From contig CAVSET010000003.1 of assembly GCA_963727075.1 (NCBI GenBank), positions 55,481 to 119,480 of the forward strand: a stretch of 64,000 nt of DNA. The letters are read 5' to 3'. Under the pieces are notes generated by a model, which searched no databases, had not been told where the DNA came from, and saw only the letters and a list, made by a program, of their open reading frames with translations. This document shows, piece by piece, positions 38,608 to 48,296 of this stretch. The stretch's first letter is position 1, and each line of letters opens with the position of its first letter. The stretch is from an uncultured Acidimicrobiales bacterium. GTDB taxonomy: Bacteria; Actinomycetota; Acidimicrobiia; Acidimicrobiales; RAAP-2. Made by a program: the position numbers and the translations under genes.

Positions 38608-39291
38608 TCACAGGCCGAACAGCCACCTCGACGCCCTCGACGGCCGGCTTTCGGTCCGGTACCCGGGCCGGCCGGCCGGGTCGCCCATGACCCATCCACC
38701 GAGGACGAGGGTGGCGCCCAGGATGAACAGCGCTCCCACATCGGCGCCGGTGAACGGCAATGCCGCGGGTACACCGGCACCCGCCGTGGCGCTGGAGGCC
38801 GCGGACGCCGCTCCTGTGTCGGAGGTGGAATTGGAAACGCCGGGGACGGGGGAAGGAGTTTGCCCCGCCGCCGGCTGGCTCGTCCCCGAGGGGCCCGATG
38901 CGGAGGTACCGCCGTTGTTGCCGGTGGTGAGGACGGGCAGGACCACAGCAACTCGTCCGGCGCCTCGCGCGCTGACCGCTCTGACTCGAATCGCACGCAC
39001 GACCTTCCCGACGTGCAGGCCGTCAATGTGACAGGAAGCCGGGCCGGGGTTGAGCGAGACACAGGAGTACTTCCCGCTGTAGTTGGAGGCCACGTAGTAG
39101 ACGATGGGCGAGCCCCCGTCCGAAACTGGTGCCCCCCACGACACGGTCACTCCACTGACACCGTCGACGTAGGTGGCCTGAACGGCCGTGGGCGGACCGG
39201 GCCTCACTACCGCGGCCGAGGCCCCGGCTGAACCAAGCACGACGACAAGCAGGGGGGCAGCCATTGCGCCCACCAGCCCGAGTCGTCTCAT
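38608..39291 (-). CDS. Secreted fibronectin type III domain protein with LPXTG-type anchor
   Basis: It has a signal peptide, an FN3-like block (PGPPTAVQATYVDGVSGVTVSWGAPVSDGGSPIVYY) and a Ser/Thr/Pro-rich linker. These are followed by LPFTGAD, a hydrophobic segment and a basic tail. Confidence 0.75.
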   Translation of the reverse strand: MRRLGLVGAMAAPLLVVVLGSAGASAAVVRPGPPTAVQATYVDGVSGVTVSWGAPVSDGGSPIVYYVASNYSGKYSCVSLNPGPASCHIDGLHVGKVVRAIRVRAVSARGAGRVAVVLPVLTTGNNGGTSASGPSGTSQPAAGQTPSPVPGVSNSTSDTGAASAASSATAGAGVPAALPFTGADVGALFILGATLVLGGWVMGDPAGRPGYRTESRPSRASRWLFGL

Positions 39292-39443
39292 GGCCACCCT
39301 CCCTCGTAGGCGAAGTACCGTCCCTGGGCCAATTCAATACCCGAAATCAGCTGGAGGGAAATCGGCGAGAGGGTCGACCGGTCCACGCCCTCGGCCACCT
39401 CGGCAAACGGCGGCTTTTCGGCCGTTCCCGGTGCGTTGCCTCG

Positions 39444-39520
39444 TGGCGCCCCCGGCAGGAGTCGAACCCGCAACCTGATGGGTAGAAACCACCTGCTCTA
39501 TCCAGTTGAGCTACAGGGGC
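39444..39520 (-). tRNA. tRNA-Arg (anticodon UCU), CCA encoded
   Basis: The reverse complement is GCCCCTGTAGCTCAACTGGATAGAGCAGGTGGTTTCTACCCATCAGGTTGCGGGTTCGACTCCTGCCGGGGGCGCCA. The anticodon loop is TTTCTAC. Confidence 0.9.
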
Positions 39521-39582
39521 GAGGCCGGGGAGCCCGTGCGCGGACGGGCCCCCGTCGGTCTGTGCCACACTAGAGGCTCCTT

Positions 39583-39656
39583 GGTGGCCGTAGCTCAGTT
39601 GGCAGAGCGCCGGGATGTGGCCCCGGAGGTCGCGGGTTCGAGCCCCGTCGGTCACC
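39583..39656 (+). tRNA. tRNA-His (anticodon GUG) with G-1
   Basis: The sequence is GGTGGCCGTAGCTCAGTTGGCAGAGCGCCGGGATGTGGCCCCGGAGGTCGCGGGTTCGAGCCCCGTCGGTCACC. The anticodon loop is ATGTGGC and the 8-bp acceptor stem includes G-1. Confidence 0.9.
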
Positions 39657-39715
39657 CTCTGGTCACCGACGGAACAAGCCAGGCGACCGCGTCGCACCGG
39701 TTAGGTTGAAGACGA

Positions 39716-39790
39716 GCGCCTCTAGCTCAACGGCAGAGCAACGGACTCTTAATCCGCAGGTTCTGGGTTCAAATCCCAGGGGGCGCACCA
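39716..39790 (+). tRNA. tRNA-Lys (anticodon CUU), CCA encoded
   Basis: The sequence is GCGCCTCTAGCTCAACGGCAGAGCAACGGACTCTTAATCCGCAGGTTCTGGGTTCAAATCCCAGGGGGCGCACCA. The anticodon loop is CTCTTAA. Confidence 0.9.
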
Positions 39791-39885
39791 GACAAAGGGC
39801 TGCTCATCCGCGGGATAGAGCCTCACCCAATCGCAGCCTTCGGGCTCGGGCTGCAACCATTTTGCAACCGGGAACTGGAGGAACG

Positions 39886-40575
39886 ATGGACAAAGTCGCG
39901 GCGGAAGGGCAAGTGCGGCGGTTCATCGAGTTGCTGGAGACGCAAGCGGCTCTGGCTCCTAGGCCGCAGTCCCCAGAACGTGCGCGAGTGCGGGGGATGG
40001 CGAACGAGATGGGTCCCTTGATCGTGGCGATCGCGAAGGCTGTTGATCCCAACACGCAGCCGAGATTGCCTACGGCCTCGACGCCGCTCGAGGGGTGGGC
40101 CGTACCCGCGTGTCAGCGGCTTCTGGGCTCCCTGACCAATGAGGAGCTGATCGAGTCGAGAATCGGTCCAGAGCGGCCGAAACTTGCAGCCTCCGAGATG
40201 AACCGTTGGGAGTGGGAATCAGCCGCCCATATCTGGGATGACGGTCACCACGGACCGGCGGTCACGGCGGCAGGCGGAGCCCCGTTCGATGCCTACTTGC
40301 CGCATACACTGGAACGCCCAAAGGGCACCTCTCCGGAGGACTTGGTCGGACAAGCCTTTGATGAAGTCCCCCGGCTTGTTCCTCATGTCAAATCGGGCAC
40401 CAAAGACTGGACCCAGCACCTACCACGGAGCCAAGCACCTGGGCCTCGCTTTGCGCCAAGCTGGTGAGGAACCTGAGAGTTCATGGCGAGGACTCCCAAT
40501 CTGCGGTGTTTCTGGCGGAGCTGGAGATGCTCAGCCGGTTCGTCCGAATCGTGGACAGCTCGACGGCGGAGTGTT
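39886..40575 (+). pseudogene. TIGR02391 (Hypoth_ymh) family protein, at least 2 frameshifts
   Basis: ATG 39886 opens MDKVAAEGQVRRFIELLE...AAHIWDDGHHGPAVTAA...DLVGQAFDE in frame 1. Later pieces lie in other frames: GAKHLGLA, then LVRNLRVHGEDSQSAVFLAELEMLSRFVRIVD. Together they match the family pattern (dGhy..AV ... iRNp.aH ... alE.L...S.l.R.lD). The 3' end is approximate. Confidence 0.6.
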
Positions 40576-40782
40576 CGCCTTCGGAGCCCCCCTTCCGCGG
40601 CTCCACCGGCTATCAGCACCTCAACGCCGGCGTGGTCACGATCGCCGCTACCGCCAAAGATCAGGGATGCCGCCTGGTAGGCGCTGACGGCGGGTGTTCT
40701 GCTTCGGGACTGCCTCGTTCCTCGGTTCGATGGCCGGAACGCACCTGAACAGGCCGGTGATCGGCATGGCCTCCACCGGGTA
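40553..40782 (+). pseudogene. Remnant of a DGG-F-FG / LN-P-VG repeat protein (two repeat units, 2 frameshifts)
   Basis: Read across three frames, the product is LDGGVFAFGAP|FRGSTGYQHLNAGVVTIAATAKDQGCRLVGADGG|VFCFGTASFLGSMAGTHLNRPVIGMASTG followed by a stop. This is the same repeat as the C-terminus of the 34986-37436 protein. Confidence 0.55.
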
Positions 40783-40925
40783 GGCGGCAGGTGTGCCGGT
40801 TAGATGAACCGAAACAACCAGCCGCGGGAAAGCCCGCCCCCGGGCCTAATCCAGGAGGCGGGCTTTCCATGCTCCGGCTGGTACTCGACTACACGCAGAC
40901 CAGGACGAAGCAGCCAACTCCTAGC

Positions 40926-42707
40926 TCACTTGTAGTTGTAATGGTCCAATGAGGTGGGGAGACTTGTTCCCGTGAACGCGGTCACCTGAACATCCACGGT
41001 GCCGCTGCTGTGCGGTGGAACGAGAGCGTGAATGATGCCGTCGCTCGTCACAACCACCGACGACGAGAAGTTTCCGGTTCCGAAGCTGACAGTGGGGGCG
41101 GGGGTTCCCGAGAACATGAACCCACGGATGAGCACCGTGTTTCCACCTGTGACGGGGCCATGGTTGGGAAGCACCTGGGTGATCCTCGGCAGCCAGTACG
41201 TGTACTGATCGCTAGGCGGGTTGAGTGCGCTCGTTCCGCCCGGTGTGGTCACGGTGACATCCACGGTCCCCGCCGGTTGCTGCGGTGGGGACGCCACGAT
41301 GTTGCCGCCGTAGCCCACGGTGAAGCTCGTGGCCGCCAGGCTGCCGAACATGACGTGGTTTGCGCCACTGAGGCAGCGGCCCGTGATCAAGACCCTCACG
41401 ATCTCCAATCTCGGATTGCCGATCGCGAACACGTGCTTGACGGTTGGTGGACAGCCAGTGCCCCGGCCGACCGTGACGGGAGCCGCCGCTCCGGTGCCGA
41501 CCACTGTGAACCCGGTGGCCGTGCCCTCGGCGTCGTCGGTGTAGGTGCCCGGCGTGGTCGAGGCAGTGACCCCGAAGTGCAGGCTGGCCGTCCCGCCGCC
41601 CGGCACAGTGATCGGCCCCCATGTCAGCGTCTGGCCGCTGATGGTTGGGTTCGCCGTCGTTGCACCGGTCGTCGATCCCGGCTGATAGCTGAATCCGGCG
41701 CCGATGGTGTCGGTCAACGACGCCAAGGTCACCGACCCTGAGTTGGGGTTGTGGGCGGTGACGGTGTAACCGTCACTGCCACCCGCAGCCACGTTTGCTG
41801 CGTCCGCCGTCTTGGTCAGCGCCAGCGGTTGGGAGCCGAGGGGAGAGAACGTGACCACTGACGAGAAGGTCTCCGAGGCTCCGGCTCCCACGCTCATACC
41901 CCAGGACAGGCCGACCGAGTTGTCTTCGTCGGTGGAGCAATCACAGGTGTTGGGAAGGGGGTTCTGCGTCCCGATATCGGCCCACAGAGTGTCGAAGAAC
42001 CCTTCGAAGTAGTTGCTGCCAGGCGTCAAGGGCAGCATCTGCTCAATCCGGCTTCCGGGAGTGAGACTCGTGGTGCAGGTGATGGCCCCAGTGGAGCTGT
42101 CGTGGATCCCGAAACCAAAGTCGGAATTCTGCAGGAAGCAGTCTCCGCCCCGGTACAGAACGCCGCTGGCGCTGGCGTTCCCGGTGTTCGTCACCTTCAC
42201 GTCGTTGCGATACGACTCTTGTCCGACAACGTAGGTGTCAGTCTCGGTGACCTGCAGACCGGTCGTTCCGGCCGCGTCGACGGTCACGATCTTGAACGGG
42301 TCCGAGGTCGTCCCCGATCCGGTGACCGCCGTCTGGCTGACAGCTGTCCACGGTGTCCGCGGTGACGCTGACGCCCCAGCTGGAATAGAGGCCGGCCCGT
42401 ACAGCGTCCCGCCGCTGGCGAGCAAGGTGCCGCAGGCTGTATCGCCGAACCATTCGCCGGCGGTGTCACCGGTGTGGTTCACCGAACAGTTGAGATCGCT
42501 GCTGATCCCGATGTCGGTCAGCGGTCCCGTCGACGTGATGTCAGTTGTGGCTGCAGCAGCCACGGAAGCAGGCACAAGAGTCATCACTCCGATGCTGCAC
42601 AGCGCGGCAGAGGCGGCCACCATGGCCCGCCGCCAACTCCGCCTGCCTGCACCCGGATCGGGGCGCGGGTTGCTCCGTGGAGAAATGCGTCGAAAGGGGG
42701 GTTTCAT
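40926..42707 (-). CDS. Secreted protein with C-terminal IPT/TIG-like Ig domains
   Basis: 593-aa intact ORF. The probable start is the internal M in MVAASAALCSIGVMTLVPASVAAA (signal peptide). The middle is DUF11-like (GSDGYTVTAHNPNSGSVTL...). It carries two C-terminal units: GTVDVTVTTPGGTS and GTVDVQVTAFTGTS. Confidence 0.65.
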   Translation of the reverse strand: MKPPFRRISPRSNPRPDPGAGRRSWRRAMVAASAALCSIGVMTLVPASVAAAATTDITSTGPLTDIGISSDLNCSVNHTGDTAGEWFGDTACGTLLASGGTLYGPASIPAGASASPRTPWTAVSQTAVTGSGTTSDPFKIVTVDAAGTTGLQVTETDTYVVGQESYRNDVKVTNTGNASASGVLYRGGDCFLQNSDFGFGIHDSSTGAITCTTSLTPGSRIEQMLPLTPGSNYFEGFFDTLWADIGTQNPLPNTCDCSTDEDNSVGLSWGMSVGAGASETFSSVVTFSPLGSQPLALTKTADAANVAAGGSDGYTVTAHNPNSGSVTLASLTDTIGAGFSYQPGSTTGATTANPTISGQTLTWGPITVPGGGTASLHFGVTASTTPGTYTDDAEGTATGFTVVGTGAAAPVTVGRGTGCPPTVKHVFAIGNPRLEIVRVLITGRCLSGANHVMFGSLAATSFTVGYGGNIVASPPQQPAGTVDVTVTTPGGTSALNPPSDQYTYWLPRITQVLPNHGPVTGGNTVLIRGFMFSGTPAPTVSFGTGNFSSSVVVTSDGIIHALVPPHSSGTVDVQVTAFTGTSLPTSLDHYNYK

Positions 42708-43112
42708 TCTGGACCTCCACCAAACCCAACCGGACTCACCGGTACGAACCCCTCTATCTTGTGTCTACAACAGCTACATGAGGGTGTCAATCAGTCGTTT
42801 GGAGAAGTCGTTGAATGTTGCTCCGGATGGAACCTGCGATTGAAAGTAGGCGAACCCAAATGACACTTGTCCAAAAGCAACCTTGGTCGGTGTGAACCCC
42901 TGGCTGTCGCCGGGACCAACAACCAATAGCAAAGCTGGATGGAGACCCATGGAGCCGTCGCTACGCCCATGACCCATCGAACCGGCTGGGCATTCAGCTG
43001 GTCACCAGCAACGGCAATAGATGGAATCAGTTGCTTCGCGGGAAAAGGCAACAGCGACCCGCAAAGCAGACCTCTACTACTCACAACGCCCCACAGGCGT
43101 CACAGGCGGTCT

Positions 43113-43286
43113 TCAGTTCCTTCGCAGCTCATCCTCGGCGAGTGCCCACTCTGCTGCGTCGAGCTGGGCGGCCAGCAGCTTGGCCGTCCGCCTCGCGTCC
43201 TCCAGCAACTCCCAGGTGGATCGTTGCCTGCCTTGCTGAGCCTGCTCTTCGGTCACGCTGACTGCGATGGAGCTCCGCTCGGTCAT
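43113..43286 (-). CDS. Hypothetical 57-aa protein
   Basis: ATG 43286 starts MTERSSIAVSVTEEQAQQGRQRSTWELLEDARRTAKLLAAQLDAAEWALAEDELRRN. The product looks helical. Only ORF-level evidence supports it. Confidence 0.3.
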   Translation of the reverse strand: MTERSSIAVSVTEEQAQQGRQRSTWELLEDARRTAKLLAAQLDAAEWALAEDELRRN

Positions 43287-43479
43287 GTCTACCCCCGTCG
43301 ACGTAGGAAATGGCGTAGTCAAGTCCCTCGTTGAGCGCATCGGCGAGGTTCGTCGTCGCCAATAGCCCGAAGTTCTCAACTATAGGCCCGCCACCGGGCG
43401 GCGGCCACCGCGAATGGGGTCCAGGGTTCGGGCCGTGATGAAGCCATGCAGGATGGTGCCCTGAGAGGGGACGGCATCC

Positions 43480-44100
43480 CTAGCCTATGGTGAAACTTCC
43501 GGTTGTGAGTGTGAGCGACGCAAGACCGGCACTCGAACCACACGCAGTTGCGATTTGGGCGGCCGTCGAGTTGGAATACGTTGACGCGGTGGAAGTGGCC
43601 CCGCCAGAGCTGGAGAAGGACCCGGTCACAGTGGCCGATCCTCCGGTGTCGGGAAGTGTGAATCCATAGTCTCCGCTGGCGTTGGCTGCCACCTTGTAAC
43701 CGGAGTACGAGACGGCGGTCGACCGCATGGTGGTTGGATTCCAAACGACGGCCAGCTTCACAGGCTTGGAGGTCGCGATGCCAGCGCAGGCATTGGTGCT
43801 GTCGGTGATGGTGGCCGAGCCCTGAGCGCTTGTGATCTTCGACACATTCGACCCCGACGGGATGCAGCCCGATGCCGTGTAGGCAACCTTGGTCGTCTCG
43901 GCCGAGGTTCCGCTGTTGGTGAGCGGCGGAACGAAGGTAATCGTCCCTGTGACCTTGCTGCAGCTGACCTTCCCAGTAGCCAGCGTGGTGGCGGTGGTGG
44001 TGCTAGTGCTAGAGCTACTGCTGCAGGCCGCTCCGAAGCTCGCTAAGAAGAGAACGGGTCCTACGATGGCAGCCTTCACTGCAATGCGCCTGGGTGTCAT
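43480..44100 (-). CDS. Lipoprotein, Ser/Thr-rich
   Basis: 206-aa ORF with a signal peptide and lipobox (LFLASFGAAC). No family was recognised. Confidence 0.6.
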   Translation of the reverse strand: MTPRRIAVKAAIVGPVLFLASFGAACSSSSSTSTTTATTLATGKVSCSKVTGTITFVPPLTNSGTSAETTKVAYTASGCIPSGSNVSKITSAQGSATITDSTNACAGIATSKPVKLAVVWNPTTMRSTAVSYSGYKVAANASGDYGFTLPDTGGSATVTGSFSSSGGATSTASTYSNSTAAQIATACGSSAGLASLTLTTGSFTIG

Positions 44101-44443
44101 TACAAGCCTCCCCGAGAACTCCGGGTCCGGTGTGTTCCGGAGACCGAAGCTGCTGCCTCCTTCCTAGGCGCATTTCATAGTTCCCGCAACCGATACCACT
44201 GCTGCCGGTCGCAAACATCCTACGAACCTGTCAGACCGGTCCGTGGGTGCTCCTGGGCCCTCGATGGCCACGGTGATGATCACGCTTCCTCAGGCGCAAG
44301 CATCACGAACTGGCTCGAACTCTTCATCCGCGGCCGCACTCCTCGGTTGTCGCGAAAGACTCACTGGGTAGCGGTAGGGTGACGCGGGACAGGAGACCAG
44401 GCGGCGTGAGGCCGTCGGCGGCTTTCCATTGAGAGGTCGGCAA

Positions 44444-44632
44444 ATGGATCATACCGAGTCAGTTCCGAAGTGCCCTCGTTGCGGCTTGGTCGACAGTCCC
44501 AAGCTGATCGTTCGGGGCGACGATACCAATCCCATCAGGTCGTCAGTGTCGAGTGTGCTCCTCCAGTGCCGGTCATGCCGGTCGGAATGGTCGGAACGGA
44601 CCTCGTTCGGTTGGACCCACACCCCGGCCTAG
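44444..44632 (+). CDS. Small zinc-ribbon protein
   Basis: ATG 44444 starts MDHTESVPKCPRCGLVDSPKLIVRGDD...LLQCRSCRSEWSERTSF, with CxxC...CxxC. Confidence 0.45.
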   Translation: MDHTESVPKCPRCGLVDSPKLIVRGDDTNPIRSSVSSVLLQCRSCRSEWSERTSFGWTHTPA

Positions 44633-44639
44633 CGTCTGA

Positions 44640-44927
44640 GTGACCGAGCCGCCCGCTCGGACCGAGGTCGGGACGAAGCCTCCGGTCAAGAACCGAAGAC
44701 CGGTCGGGGTCGCGGTGGTCGTCCATCTCGTCCTGGTCGCCCTCACATGGCGTGATCTGGACCGGCGGACTGCCACCGAGGTCCGCGGCAGCAAGTCGGC
44801 ATGGCGGGTCGCCAGCGGGGCCAATACCCTCGGTGCGATCGCCTACTGGCTCGTCGGTCGCAAGCCGGGCGAGAAGGAAGTCGGGCTCACCACCGGAACC
44901 GACCGGATGGGGGACGAGCGTGTCTAG
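44640..44927 (+). CDS. PLD nuclease N-terminal (PLDc_N) domain membrane protein
   Basis: GTG start. The TM segment VGVAVVVHLVLVALTWRDL is followed by GSKSAWRVASGANTLGAIAYWLVGRK, typical of PLDc_N small proteins. Confidence 0.6.
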   Translation: MTEPPARTEVGTKPPVKNRRPVGVAVVVHLVLVALTWRDLDRRTATEVRGSKSAWRVASGANTLGAIAYWLVGRKPGEKEVGLTTGTDRMGDERV

Positions 44928-44963
44928 CCCGCCCGATCGAGTGTCCGACGGGGTGGCAACGGG

Positions 44964-45918
44964 TCAGCGAGGCACGATCCCCCATGATCCAAACCATCGT
45001 GCCCCGGGCCGGATCACAGCCAGGTCGATCCCCGATCGGAAAGCGTCCGGTGGACAGCTCATCGGCTCCACCGCCAGCGCGGTACGCCGCTCGCCAGAAT
45101 CGAGGGTGTCGCCGCTGTAGACCATGAAGTAGCCGAAACGATCGTCGGCCCATACCGTCGCCCCACCGGCGCCGTCGGGATGATCGAGCTCCACACAGGA
45201 ACGGCCGTCGGAGTCCCGCCTGAGGGCGGTGAATGCGGTGTCGAGCTTGGTGACGCCGATCAGGCGGCCTTGATTGAAATCGAATTCGGTACCTACCACC
45301 GGCGCCCTGCCTGTGGGCAACCCGCGATCGTCGGTGATCAGCCGCTGGCTGGCCGGAACGCGGCAGGCGAGCGCTGTCCACGCTGGCCGTGCCGACGGTC
45401 AAATACGGGTGGAACCCGAGTCCGAACGGGAGATCGGCCTGGCCCAGGTTGTCGGCCTCGGTCACCACGGTGAGGCCGTCCCTCCCCAACCGGTACTCGA
45501 TGGTGAGCCGCAAGGCGAAGGGGTACGCCGGCGAGGGGTGGAGCTGGCAGGCCATCGTGACCCGGTTCTGGGCCCGGCCCACCATTCGCCATGGCATCCA
45601 GCGCACCAGGCCGTGGATGGCGTTCCCCCTCGACGGCTCGTCCAGCGGTACCTGGGCCTCCACTCCTTCGAACGAATAGCGCCCGTCGCCCAGTCGGTTC
45701 GGCCACGGGGCGAGCACCTGGCCTCGGCCTCCCCTGCTCCACTCGTCCGGCCCGAACCCGGCCACCACGGGTCGGTCGTCCTTGGTGAACGAACGGAGCG
45801 TGCCGCCAACCTCGGTGACAACGGCGCGCTGATGGCCATGACCGATCACCCACTGGTCGCCGGTGGCGGCGGTGGTCTCGGAGGGCCGCTGATCTTCGGT
45901 CGCAGGGGGTCGGGTCAT
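44964..45918 (-). pseudogene. Aldose 1-epimerase family protein, one frameshift
   Basis: The N-terminal part (ORF 44887-45918) contains ...GGRGQVLAPWPNRLGDGRYSFEG...GNAIHGLVRWMPW...LPFGLGFHPYL. The C-terminal part (ORF 44964-45320) is LPTGRAPVVGTEFDF...ALAVEPMSCPPDAFRSG. They join near 45330. Confidence 0.8.
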
Positions 45919-46076
45919 GGGGTGGTGATGTCGACCGTCGGCCGGAGCAGCCGATGCCGACCGGTATGGTAGGCGACGGGCGCATCGGCCCGGCGGGCCG
46001 TCGTTCGCACGAACACCCGTACCGCCCGACGGCGCGCGGAATGCCCTCGATCTCCAGGCACACGGAACCTCTCCAC

Positions 46077-46942
46077 ATGCGCATCCTGATCACCAACGAC
46101 GACGGTGTGTTCGCCCCGGGCATCGCCGCCCTGGCCCGGGGCCTGGTCTCCGCCTTCGGGGACCACGACGAGCTCGTCGTCGTCGCCCCTCTGACCGACC
46201 ACAGCGGCACCGGTGCCGCGGTGGGCCCGGTCTATGAACGCGAATCGATCCCGTATGAGGCCGTCGAGATCCCCGGGCTGGCCGACATTCCCGTCTACGG
46301 GATCGAGGGGCCGCCGGCTCTGGCGGTCATCCTCGCCTGCATCGAAGGATTCGGCCCCCGACCGGACCTGGTGGTCTCGGGTATCAACCACGGTGTCAAC
46401 GCCGGCCGGTCGGCCCTTCACTCCGGCACGATCGGCGCAACGCTCACCGCAGCGCAGTTCGGCATCCGAGGGCTCGCCGTGAGCATCGCGTGGGGCGCGA
46501 GCCCATCCCGTGGGAGACTCCGGTGCGGCTGGCCACCGGCATCGTGCCCACCCTGGCTGCGCAGCGGCCGGCCACCGTGCTCAACCTCAACGTGCCGGCC
46601 GTCGAGCCGGACGCGCTCCGTGGGCTCCGCCACGGCCGGCTCGGCTCGGTGGGCCTGATCCGATCGGTCCGGCCCGAGAGCACCCCGGACCCGGTGACGG
46701 GGACCCCCGTCGACAGCACCACCGGAGCCATCCGGCTCACGCTGCGGGGGGCGGGCACGCCGGCCGATTCCGCCGCCGATCTGGCCGAGCTCGATCCGGA
46801 ATCGGACGCCGCCCTCATCGCCGAGGGCTGGGCCACGGTGACGCCGCTGGTCGGGGTACGCGAGGACCGGTCCGACGCCGGGGACGAGGCGTTGCTCGCC
46901 GCCCTCGCCACCTACGCCCCGACGCCGACGGCTCCGGCCTGA
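46077..46942 (+). pseudogene. surE: 5'/3'-nucleotidase SurE, one frameshift
   Basis: MRILITNDDGVFAPGIAALA...SGINHGVNAGRSALHSGTIGATLTAAQFGIRGLAVS (frame of ORF 45954-46658) continues in ORF 46490-46942 (PIPWETPVRLATGIV...). They join near 46495. Confidence 0.85.
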
Positions 46943-46978
46943 CGCTCTACCGGACCGTCGGGCGAGAGGTCGCCTTGC

Positions 46979-48224
46979 TCACCTCGCTCCCAGTTGCTCC
47001 TCCAGCCAGTCGAAGGTGACCTGGGCGGCCAGACGGATGTTGTCGGCCTGGCAGTGGGTGGAGGCCCCGTCTTCGGCGGTGAACACCACCGAGGTGGCCG
47101 GGCCCCCGACCTCGGCCACGAAGGCGCGGTGTTGGGCCAGGGGCTCGGCCCCTTCGCGATCACCGACCAGGGCCAGGACCGGGCAGCGGATCGACGGGGT
47201 CATCGGTCCGAGCCGGTAGGCCGTCATGGCGTCGCGCCAGGCGTGGAAAGAGGGCACCCCGAACCGGTGGCAGATGGCGGCGATGCCCCACTGCATCTGA
47301 CGGGGCATGAGGTCCTCGGGCACGCCCATCACGTCCTCGGGCCGGATGTCCCGCGCCATGCGGAACACCTCGGTCCCGACCCAGGCCTCCATGTACCGGC
47401 TCATGTCCACCACTGGAGGATCGGCCACCAGTGCCCCCACCCGTTCGTCGGCGGCCGCACCGCGTGCGGCGAAGTACGAACCGAAGCTCTGGCCGGCCAG
47501 GGCCAACCGTCCGGCATCCACATCGGCCCGGTCGCTGAGGACGTCGATGACCGCGCCGATCGGCACCTCGTAGTCGGGCCGGAAGGTCATCGACGGGTTG
47601 GAACGCATGCAACCGGGTTGCCCAGGCCCGTCGAACACGAACACGTTCCACCCCCGCTCGGCGCCGGGTGCACCCAGATGAAAGTAGAGCTCTTCGGCGC
47701 TCGAGTCGAAGCCGCCCACCCCGATCAGGGTCGGGAGACCCTCCCCGCCTCGCCCGGTCGGCGCCCGGGGGTCGCACCAGGTAGCCGGGGAGGGATCCCC
47801 CCTCGAACGGCACCCCGACGAGCTCCACCGGAGGCTCCAGCAACGCGGCCGCATCGGTGAAACAGGCACGACTCCGTTCGCCGGTCTCCATCGATCGCCC
47901 GGTGTCCCCCTCGGCGTAGTACTCGGCTGTCCGGTAGTAGGTCGACGCCCGCAGCAGGTGATCACGACCGCTGGTCCGACGGCCCGCTGCCAGGCAGGCC
48001 CGCCCCCGGGCCTCGACCCGCTGCGCCAGACGGTCGAAGGCCTGGGCCCAGCTCCGAGGGCTGCCGTCGGTGATCTCGGCCACCACCGCCAGGCACTCGC
48101 CCACCGTCGAGCCGCCATAGTCGGCCACGCCCAGCGCCCGGATCAGCTGGTAGTTGAACTCGTCGTCCCTGAACCCCTCCACCCGGACGGCACTACGGAC
48201 GATGTCGGAGTCTTCGAAGGACAC
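46979..48224 (-). pseudogene. Alpha/beta hydrolase (FrsA/DUF1100-like), one frameshift
   Basis: The N-terminal part lies in ORF 47160-48224 (MSFEDSDIVRSAVRVEGFRDDEFNYQLIRALG...). The C-terminal part lies in ORF 46979-48118 (PTLIGVGGFDSSAEELYF...LALAGQSFGSYFAARGAA, with the nucleophile elbow GQSFG). They join near 47770. Confidence 0.75.
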
Positions 48225-48296
48225 GCCACCATTCTGTCCGGCGCAGCCGCGTGCGCCATCCGACCGGGCACCCCGGGGCCGGGCCTACCCTGTCTC

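Noticed and set aside
42774-43090. Possible frameshifted gene from ORFs 42774-42977 and 42791-43084 (…GFTPTKVAFGQVSFGFAYFQSQVPSGATFNDFSKRLIDTLM)
   Set aside because: The C-terminal piece looks protein-like, but no start, signal or family could be established, so confidence is too low to list it as a feature.
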